Origin: a virus
DNA length: 64,000 bases
Virus record (IMG/VR): IMGVR_UViG_3300046331_000099
Span: 1-64,000 of that record
Direction: 5' to 3' (one strand)
The translations under genes and the position numbers were made by a program. Below the pieces are notes generated by a model, which searched no databases, was not told the origin of the DNA, and saw nothing but the letters and a program-made list of their open reading frames with translations. Positions 27,999 through 34,593 of the stretch are shown here, in pieces (the stretch's first letter is position 1; each line of letters opens with the position of its first letter).

Positions 27999-28145
27999 AA
28001 TTAGTGCACATCTATCAATTGGGACTCTTACCCCAGTGTTTCTCAGCATCCAGTTGCCCTTTGCTGACGCAGTATACACTGCAAAGACGACCGAGATGGC
28101 GGGATCGTCTACTGTTTACTTTTCGGTTAATTACTCCGACTAATT
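27999..28145 (-). ncRNA. multi-hairpin structured RNA
   Basis: AATTAGT/ACTAATT closing stem; AGACGA/TCGTCT, GCAGT/ACTGC, TCAGCA/TGCTGA helices. Confidence 0.5.
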
Positions 28146-28147
28146 CT

Positions 28148-28223
28148 TGGTCTCCGTAGAAGGATTCGAACCTTCACCCCACCGCCCCAAACGGCGAGTG
28201 CAACCTGATAACACTTTACAGAG
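28148..28223 (-). tRNA. tRNA-Pro(TGG), second divergent copy
   Basis: Loop TTTGGGG, C1-G72. Confidence 0.8.
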
Positions 28224-28228
28224 ATAAC

Positions 28229-28303
28229 TGGTACTGCGTACGGGTAACGATCCCGTCTAGTCAGCTTGAAAGGCTGATGACCTCACCTGAAGTCGAACGC
28301 AGT
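28229..28303 (-). tRNA. tRNA-Glu(TTC), second copy, T-loop ATCGTTA
   Basis: Loop CTTTCAA. Confidence 0.8.
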
Positions 28304-28311
28304 ATAAAAAT

Positions 28312-28402
28312 TGGTGGACAACAATGGGAATCTAACCCACTTCTTTCCCCTATGCTGTTAGGGAATTTCATGCCAGCAGCAGGCAATTGACACATCAAGT
28401 CC
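28312..28402 (-). ncRNA. tRNA-like RNA with CCA end and no canonical anticodon
   Basis: GGAC/GTCC-ACCA, TGGG-TTAGATT-CCCA arm, two internal hairpins. Confidence 0.55.
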
Positions 28403-28407
28403 ATAAT

Positions 28408-28482
28408 TGGTGGAGACCGAGGAAATCGAATCCTTCTAGACATCCTCCTTGCAAGGGAGAACCGTAGCCCACTACTGTCCCC
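28408..28482 (-). tRNA. tRNA-Ala(TGC), miniature D-arm
   Basis: G3:U70, A73, loop CTTGCAA; D-arm GTAG-TGGG-CTAC. Confidence 0.7.
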
Positions 28483-28565
28483 AAATTAGGGTTAGTTTCT
28501 ATAGCACCCATTGAAACTAACAAACGTTGAGTAACCATACATCAAAACAAGATTACTATTTGCTC

Positions 28566-28644
28566 TGGCTCCGTGTGTGAGGATCGAACTCACCTAATCA
28601 TTGATTAACAGTCAAGTCCTTGCACCATGCTTGGATTTCACGGA
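28566..28644 (-). tRNA. tRNA-Asn(GTT), second copy
   Basis: Loop CTGTTAA; anticodon arm identical to the 23544 copy. Confidence 0.8.
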
Positions 28645-28654
28645 ATAAAAATAA

Positions 28655-28722
28655 CAGGATGATTTTGACGAACATGTCAAATTATAAGTTTGGTGTTCTT
28701 GTTGATTGCAGAACTCATCCTA
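28655..28722 (-). ncRNA. CAGCAA-stem RNA E7 with possible anticodon stem-loop (UAU)
   Basis: TAGGATGA/TCATCCTG plus GTTCTGCAA; CAAA-CTTATAA-TTTG. Confidence 0.7.
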
Positions 28723-28726
28723 AAAC

Positions 28727-28800
28727 TGGCGACGCATGGGAGAATCGAACTCCCGTCTATGGATAGACAATCCACGATAATGCCATTATATGAATGCGCC
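28727..28800 (-). tRNA. tRNA-Asp(GTC), second copy with U37
   Basis: Loop TTGTCTA, G73. Confidence 0.8.
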
Positions 28801-28806
28801 GTAACT

Positions 28807-28881
28807 TGGTCCTCTCGAAAGGAATCGAACCTTAGGTCTATCGCTTATCAAGCGAGTGCTCTACCATTGAGCTACAAGAGG
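28807..28881 (-). tRNA. tRNA-Ile(GAT)
   Basis: Loop TTGATAA. Confidence 0.85.
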
Positions 28882-28889
28882 AAATACTT

Positions 28890-28965
28890 TGGTGCCTATG
28901 AGTGGACTCGAACCACTAACACATGGATTTTCAATCCACTGCTCTACCATTGGAGCTACACAGGC
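28890..28965 (-). tRNA. tRNA-Phe(GAA)
   Basis: Loop TTGAAAA. Confidence 0.9.
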
Positions 28966-28969
28966 AAAT

Positions 28970-29044
28970 TGGGGAGATGTACGAGAATCGAACTCGTGAT
29001 AACGGAATCACAACCCGTGGTTTTACCACTAAACTAACAACTCC
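28970..29044 (-). tRNA. tRNA-His(GTG)
   Basis: Loop TTGTGAT, G-1:C73. Confidence 0.9.
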
Positions 29045-29049
29045 ATAAA

Positions 29050-29133
29050 CCATATAGAAACACACTGGCTTGCAAGACTCCTACTAACCTTTCGATAGAT
29101 GTCGCAGTTAGTATTCAATGTGTTTTCATATGG
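29050..29133 (-). ncRNA. long-stem-enclosed element
   Basis: CCATATGAAAACACATTG/CAGTGTGTTTCTATATGG. Confidence 0.55.
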
Positions 29134-29205
29134 TAGGGGCACAGAGAATCGAACTCTGATTACATGGTTAAAAGCCACGTACTTTAGCCGTTAAGTTATA
29201 CCCCC
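29131..29205 (-). tRNA. tRNA-Lys(TTT)
   Basis: Loop CTTTTAA. Confidence 0.9.
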
Positions 29206-29208
29206 ATA

Positions 29209-29284
29209 TGGTCCACTCTCTGAGATTCGAACTCAGCCTTCATAGGTTAAGAGCCTAGTATGCTGCCAACAACATCTAGAGTGG
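29209..29284 (-). tRNA. tRNA-Lys(CTT)
   Basis: Loop CTCTTAA. Confidence 0.8.
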
Positions 29285-29293
29285 TTGTACGTA

Positions 29294-29368
29294 TTATTTT
29301 GATTTTACGTGCCAACTCAGACCATACGGGGGATCTGAGTGACACTAACGTTTACCTGAACGTTTCAT
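29294..29368 (-). CDS. mini-ORF MKRSGKR(UAG)CHSDPPYGLSWHVKSK(UAA)
   Basis: AAGGAG SD; 12-bp hairpin starting at the UAG. Confidence 0.5.
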
Positions 29369-29390
29369 GCTACTCTCCTTGTTAAACTTA

Positions 29391-29459
29391 CCAAATAAAA
29401 ACATACTACTCATCTGCTTATTAGGCAATTTGAATGTTCGGCAGTATGTTTTTATTTGG
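29391..29459 (-). ncRNA. long-stem-enclosed element
   Basis: Perfect 17-bp CCAAATAAAAACATACT/AGTATGTTTTTATTTGG. Confidence 0.6.
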
Positions 29460-29530
29460 CACCCGAGGTAAGAATCGAACTTACAATAACAGAGTCAAAG
29501 TCTGGTGTGTTACCACTACACTACTCGGGA
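29457..29530 (-). tRNA. tRNA-Gln(TTG)
   Basis: Loop CTTTGAC, G73. Confidence 0.9.
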
Positions 29531-29633
29531 ACATACGACTTAGGCAATACTAACAGGGCATTCGATATCGGCGTTAGCCAAAATCACTTACCCCGACTTT
29601 CTAACCTAAGTCGCAATAAAAACTGGTGCAGAT

Positions 29634-29644
29634 TGTTAAAGATC
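29634..29644 (-). promoter_or_regulatory. boxA-like antitermination site
   Basis: GATCTTTAACA vs rrn boxA GCTCTTTAACA, just downstream of a promoter. Confidence 0.6.
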
Positions 29645-29681
29645 TAAAGCTAATCAAGAGATCAAGATCAGCGAGGCATTT

Positions 29682-29918
29682 ATTATACATCAGCTAAGAT
29701 ATAAAGTCAACACCTTTTTGGATAACCTTACTAACCGTAGGGTCTTTCCAAGGTTTCATGGGAATCGCTTCTCATTCAACCTAAGACATAATCTTACATC
29801 ATGTCAGCGTTACTGTCAACAACTTTCTGAAAGACTTTACTGTTAGTAGGGTTTCTTTCATCATCGTTCTTCACACTAACTAAGCATTGATTATACAGCA
29901 CAAGTGCTTTACCGTCAA
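29682..29918 (-). promoter_or_regulatory. three tandem sigma70 promoters (29682-29710, 29791-29819, 29890-29918)
   Basis: TTGACT/TTGACA/TTGACG-17-TATAAT/TAAGAT at ~100-bp spacing. Confidence 0.8.
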
Positions 29919-29960
29919 CACCTTTCTTTAAAGACCCCACATCGTGGTAGACTATAAAGC

Positions 29961-29995
29961 AAAAAACCCTCGAGATTCACATCTTCGAGGGTTTT
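29961..29995 (-). terminator. intrinsic terminator of a putative attenuator
   Basis: AAAACCCTCGA-loop-TCGAGGGTTTTTT. Confidence 0.85.
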
Positions 29996-30014
29996 GGTAA
30001 AGAGACTTATTCTC

Positions 30015-30146
30015 TTACATCTTCTTACCAAAACCCTTCGTATCCTCAATCGCATAGCCAGAACCTTCTACAAATGATGGGCGTGTGCTTGTCCATCCGT
30101 TATTCAACGGTAGCTGTTTATGCATTTTGGAACAAGAGAGTAACAT
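30015..30146 (-). CDS. 43-aa leader peptide containing all 20 amino acids
   Basis: Manual translation; its 3' end carries the antiterminator arm; promoter TTGACA-17-TAAGAT at 30224-30252. Confidence 0.7.
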   Translation of the reverse strand: MLLSCSKMHKQLPLNNGWTSTRPSFVEGSGYAIEDTKGFGKKM

Positions 30147-30263
30147 AGTAGAAAGAATTCTATCCTAGAAGTTGATTGAAGTCAAGTGGTTTGTTCAACC
30201 ACCTGTAGATCTATTTAGACAATATCTTAGCTCAGTTTGAACTATTTGTCAAGTATTTTGAAA

Positions 30264-30824
30264 TTATTTTAGTAAGTCTGCCACACACTGTGGAACTACT
30301 GGCTCCAACATCCTCTCAGGATGCCAAACAATACCAAAGATTGGAAGATGTTCATGTCTGAACGCTTCGATGGTCTGATCAGCCTCATGCATTGCAATTG
30401 GAATCATCCCTTTACCAAGAGTCTTGATTGTCTGTCCGTGGTAACTATTTACAAGAACCTTCTTACCATCCATCACAACTTCATGATCTGTTTTATCATG
30501 AGTTGGCACCAAATTCCAATCAATGTCATTCTTACCACCAGTAAGATCATTGATTGCAAAAGCACCATGACACACACCAAGGATCGGCTTTTTATTCTGC
30601 ACGGCATGATAGAACAATGCGTTCTCTGTGTAGTTTCTAGCAACAGAATCAGTGCCACCAGAAAGAACTAAACAATCATACTCGATGTCAGGAACAAATC
30701 CAGTATTGGCTACTGGAATGAGATGATGACTGCTTAGAAAGGAGTACCAACTTCTCTCCAAGCAGTCAAACAAGAAATTATTTGGAGGGATCCGAAAATC
30801 CCTCTGTGAAATCAAAATTTTCAT
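30264..30824 (-). CDS. class I glutamine amidotransferase (peptidase C26 / PuuD-like)
   Basis: LSGG, GVCHG, VNSYHGQ, WHPE. Confidence 0.9.
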   Translation of the reverse strand: MKILISQRDFRIPPNNFLFDCLERSWYSFLSSHHLIPVANTGFVPDIEYDCLVLSGGTDSVARNYTENALFYHAVQNKKPILGVCHGAFAINDLTGGKNDIDWNLVPTHDKTDHEVVMDGKKVLVNSYHGQTIKTLGKGMIPIAMHEADQTIEAFRHEHLPIFGIVWHPERMLEPVVPQCVADLLK

Positions 30825-30841
30825 AACAAAGGGATTAGGTA

Positions 30842-31615
30842 TTAGACGCTAGCTTCTTTACCATTGAACGCAACACATAGGTCACGATGTGGTTCGCCAT
30901 ACGCTTCTAGCATGATTGCTTGAACTTCTGGAGAAGCAGTCTTGAAGTCACCCAAAGATGTGCAAGAACATTCGAACAAGTCCCAAACCATTTCTTTAAC
31001 ATGAGAAAGAGCTTGTGCTTGGGCTTCTGGAGTTGTTACCAACTTCTCGAGCATCAAACGACCAATGTTAGAGTGGAACTTCTCGTCACGAGCAACACGG
31101 TCATAACGCTTCTGGATGAACTCATCACCAGCGCATTGAGCCATTGTTTGCCATACTTTAGCAGCACGACCTTCAGCCATGTATTGGTACATGTGCATCA
31201 TGATTGGATTATCATGGGCTTCGTACTTCTGGATCAAAGATGCGCCCATACGAACGTCAACTTTACCATACTCTTTCCAGATTGCTTCTAGGTCTGGTGC
31301 TTCACCAGTCAAGTGCTCTAGAACTTCGTAAACGATACGGAAGTGTTCTGCTTCGTCCCATGCTTGCTTAGAAAGCAAACGGCATTCTTCTGGGTTAGTC
31401 AAAGCTGGTAGTTCGGAAACTTTCTTAGAAAGTTCGATCATGTTCATACGTTCGTTAGACAAACGGATGTGGAAGAAGTTAGCGAGCTTTTCTTTGTCGC
31501 CCTTTACTTCGTCGAAGAACTGACGTGTTTGGATCTCAGCCACTTTGTGTAGTGGCATGAAGGATTCCCACAGGTCGTCCAAGAATTCTTTTGCTGGTTT
31601 AGCAGTTGCTGTCAT
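30842..31615 (-). CDS. ferritin-like diiron protein
   Basis: NERMN, DEAEH, AEGRA, DEKFH; late promoter TATAAATA at 31685-31692. Confidence 0.8.
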   Translation of the reverse strand: MTATAKPAKEFLDDLWESFMPLHKVAEIQTRQFFDEVKGDKEKLANFFHIRLSNERMNMIELSKKVSELPALTNPEECRLLSKQAWDEAEHFRIVYEVLEHLTGEAPDLEAIWKEYGKVDVRMGASLIQKYEAHDNPIMMHMYQYMAEGRAAKVWQTMAQCAGDEFIQKRYDRVARDEKFHSNIGRLMLEKLVTTPEAQAQALSHVKEMVWDLFECSCTSLGDFKTASPEVQAIMLEAYGEPHRDLCVAFNGKEASV

Positions 31616-31704
31616 TTGAGTTTTCCTTTAAGTATAAAAGTTAAAGTGTTGTTGAAATAGAGGCACATCTTGTACCTCATATTCTATTTATAAGAGAAAT
31701 AGAC

Positions 31705-32661
31705 TCACTTTTGGTTATTTTTTGATAAAACTGTATCTACAAGAGGTTGCCACTGTTTTTCACGTGTTTTCACCCACAATTTCATGGCTTCTGGGTTTTG
31801 TAGAACCTTGTTTTGAACCAATAGGTTGTCATAGAAGATAGCCTTAACTTCATCAGAATTCAAAGCCTTAGTGAACTCTCGGTTGTACCATTCGATAACA
31901 TCTTTCGGTACACCAGCTGGAAGCATTAAAGCCCACATTCCAGATACATTGAAATTAGGAATAGCTGTATCCATAGTTTGGGCTTCTGGAATCTGAGCTA
32001 ATGGTATAATACCACTCAACGCTACAACTTGCACTCGTCCATCTCTATAGAATGGATTAGCCACTGCAGATGGGACGATAGCAAACCGTACATGACCACC
32101 AGCTACATCGTTCAATGCATCGTTTGGACCTTTGTGGTCTACACGAACAACATCAGAGAACTGAACTTTTGCAGCAATAGATTCATAGACCAGTCTAGCA
32201 CCACCGCTTGCAGCAATAGTTACCTTCTCGGTCTTAAGAGCCTGAACCAATTGTTTTGGAGTTTTTACTGGATCGCCAGACTTAGCCACGACAACGAATG
32301 GGCTAGTAGCAATATGAGTTGGATAGACAAAACTATCAACATTGTATGAACGACCATCACCTTGAACAGAAACCTTGTCCATAGCTGCAATCCCTGGAAC
32401 AGAGACGTTAGTTACAGAGTACCCATCAGCTGGACGCTTGCTCAATTCTTCAGTACCAATAACACCACCAGCACCTGGACGATTAGTGATAACAAATTTT
32501 GCACCAGTGTTTTGTTCAACTTGTTTAGCTAGGACACGGAATGAGAGTTCATTCACACTTCCAGGTGTCCATGCCATAATCGCTTCAATCGGTTTTGTCG
32601 GTTGCCACGCAAAAGCAGAAGCAGACATCACCATCAACAAACTAATTACGAGTTTTTTCAT
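31705..32661 (-). CDS. TctC/Bug tripartite tricarboxylate transporter substrate-binding protein
   Basis: Signal peptide, WQPTKPI, NRPGAGGVIG, ADGY. Confidence 0.9.
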   Translation of the reverse strand: MKKLVISLLMVMSASAFAWQPTKPIEAIMAWTPGSVNELSFRVLAKQVEQNTGAKFVITNRPGAGGVIGTEELSKRPADGYSVTNVSVPGIAAMDKVSVQGDGRSYNVDSFVYPTHIATSPFVVVAKSGDPVKTPKQLVQALKTEKVTIAASGGARLVYESIAAKVQFSDVVRVDHKGPNDALNDVAGGHVRFAIVPSAVANPFYRDGRVQVVALSGIIPLAQIPEAQTMDTAIPNFNVSGMWALMLPAGVPKDVIEWYNREFTKALNSDEVKAIFYDNLLVQNKVLQNPEAMKLWVKTREKQWQPLVDTVLSKNNQK

Positions 32662-32750
32662 ATTCTTTCATCATCCTATTCATAAAATCTTCATCAGATT
32701 CATAGTTAAAAGACCACTCCCAAAATTGTTTCAGGAGTGGTTTGGTTTCA

Positions 32751-33467
32751 TTAAGCAGCCATTTCAAATTTGTAATCATATGCTTCTTCAACGATCTTAG
32801 CAGCTTCTGGAAGGAATGTTGTTCCTTTTGCAGAGATAGCGTATAAGTCTTTGCGCATTTCATTAGCCAATTCAGTGGCACGTGCTTGGGCTTCTGGTGT
32901 AGTAACCAGTTGCTCTAATTTCCACTTACCGATGTTGGAGTGGAATCCTTCGTCACGAGCGATCTTAGCATAACGGTGGCTAATAAAGTCGTCTTCAATA
33001 GTCTCAGCCATTTGATTCCAAACTGCTTCGGCACGACCTTCGGCGATTGTTTGATACAATGCTAGTGCTAGATCGTCAGTTTGTGCTTCGTACTTGTCCA
33101 ATAGGCTAGCACCTTTATTCTTAATACGAGTTTCCCAAGATGCGGCTGCTGCTTCTAAGTCCACGGCTTCACCTGTGATGTGCTCAATAACTTCTTTTAC
33201 CATACGGTAGTGTTGGGCTTCGTCAAGTGCTTGTTTGCTCAGCAACTGAAGTTCTTCAGTACTGGTGTTTAGTGGCATTTCTGCAATTTTCTTGGAGATT
33301 TCAATTAGGTTCATACGTTCGTTAACCATACGACCAGTAAAGTGGTCTACAAGAGTTTCCTTGCTTGGGTTAGATTCGAAGTATGCCTTTACCTGCATTG
33401 CAGATGCTGTGAATAAAGGTTGATTGGCTGCAGCTAGTTCGCTGACAAATTCTTTTGCGGCTTTCAT
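32751..33467 (-). CDS. ferritin-like diiron protein (paralog of 30842)
   Basis: NERMN, DEAQH, AEGRA, DEGFH; late promoter TATAAATA at 33532-33539. Confidence 0.8.
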   Translation of the reverse strand: MKAAKEFVSELAAANQPLFTASAMQVKAYFESNPSKETLVDHFTGRMVNERMNLIEISKKIAEMPLNTSTEELQLLSKQALDEAQHYRMVKEVIEHITGEAVDLEAAAASWETRIKNKGASLLDKYEAQTDDLALALYQTIAEGRAEAVWNQMAETIEDDFISHRYAKIARDEGFHSNIGKWKLEQLVTTPEAQARATELANEMRKDLYAISAKGTTFLPEAAKIVEEAYDYKFEMAA

Positions 33468-33543
33468 CTTAAGTTCCTTTTGATTATTGACTGGTTAATC
33501 GCTGGGTTATTCAACGCTGGGATTTGTATTCTATTTATAATTC

Positions 33544-34509
33544 TTAATTCGGCTTGGGTAGGCTTTTAACGTAAGGAAGCCACTGTTTTTGTAGTTCTAC
33601 CATATCTTTACGAACACCCTTTGGGCCAACTGATTTTGGGTCTAAGAAGATGTAGTTCTCTTCCATAAACTTCTTGTATTCAGCTGTTTTTAAGGCTGGA
33701 ATGAAGTTCTTTTCGTACCAGTTGGCGATCTCTGGTGGGGTATTCGGAGGCAAAGCTACGTTCCAGCAACCATATACATTTAGTCCAGGAACTGAGTCTT
33801 TCATTAATAGCACTTCAGTAGGGATACCAGCAAGTTTAGTTTCACCTGCAATACCGATTAACTTAACCTTACCTGTAGAGACAAGTGTATTTGCGATAGC
33901 GATAGGCATAACACCAAACTCAGTGCCAGTTTTACCATCATATTGGGCTACGCTAGTAACTGCAGGCACTGGACCTTTGAAAATAATTGGTTGAACCTTC
34001 TCTTTGTTACCATTGACATTCTGCATAAAATATTCATATGCTAGGTAATGTGCAGAACCACCAACAGCAAAGTTGATCTCACGTCCAGATGTCACTTCTT
34101 TAACAAGTTCAGGAATACTATTTACATTGCTCTTAGAACTAGCAACAAACGCCATTGGGCTTTTACCGATGTTAGTCACTAGGGTTAGATCTAATGGACT
34201 GCGTGTGATTAGGTTAGAAAAGTGCACTTCTGAAAATAAGAAGCCACTCACACAAGAAGGAATACCAACAGTATAGCCATCTGGTTTGCTCTCTAGTAAT
34301 TGCTTGAGCATGATGTTACCATCTGCTCCAGGTTTATTCTGAAGAACAAAGTTAGCCTTACCTGTATTCTCAATGTAAGATGTGATCAATCGAGCAGTAA
34401 CCTCACCACCAGAACCCGCTGTAGTAGGTAGTAATACCGTGATTGGTTGTTTTGGTTCCCATGCATTGGCTAGTAGGGGGAACAATAGTACTAGTAAAAA
34501 CTTTTTCAA
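33544..34509 (-). CDS. TctC/Bug substrate-binding protein
   Basis: WEPKQPI, NKPGADGNI, PDGYT. Confidence 0.9.
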   Translation of the reverse strand: MKKFLLVLLFPLLANAWEPKQPITVLLPTTAGSGGEVTARLITSYIENTGKANFVLQNKPGADGNIMLKQLLESKPDGYTVGIPSCVSGFLFSEVHFSNLITRSPLDLTLVTNIGKSPMAFVASSKSNVNSIPELVKEVTSGREINFAVGGSAHYLAYEYFMQNVNGNKEKVQPIIFKGPVPAVTSVAQYDGKTGTEFGVMPIAIANTLVSTGKVKLIGIAGETKLAGIPTEVLLMKDSVPGLNVYGCWNVALPPNTPPEIANWYEKNFIPALKTAEYKKFMEENYIFLDPKSVGPKGVRKDMVELQKQWLPYVKSLPKPN

Positions 34510-34593
34510 TTTAATTTATTCCTGTGTTATTTGGACAATCATACATTTTTCTTAGGGTATTTATTTCTGAGAAAAATTGTTTAATGCGTTCGA

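Noticed and set aside
28485-28565. preQ1-like riboswitch hairpin (GTTAGTTTC/GAAACTAAC)
   Set aside because: Ligand-binding loop and A-rich tail do not match and no regulated CDS follows; kept only as a spacer hairpin.
20081-28722. Dispersed repeats as a CRISPR array
   Set aside because: Irregular spacing, covarying rather than identical repeats, no cas genes.
29294-29344. DPPY methyltransferase motif in the read-through peptide
   Set aside because: 16-aa context with no other MTase motifs; likely coincidental.
24108-29647. ORFs of 60-120 aa across the tRNA array (e.g. 24179-24412, 25361-25564, 25721-26020, 28690-29037)
   Set aside because: They run through tRNA or ncRNA genes and translate T-loop/D-loop sequence.
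32642-32881. 79-aa ORF between ferritin-like and TctC genes
   Set aside because: Overlaps both neighbours and has no recognisable features; at most a short downstream-start peptide.
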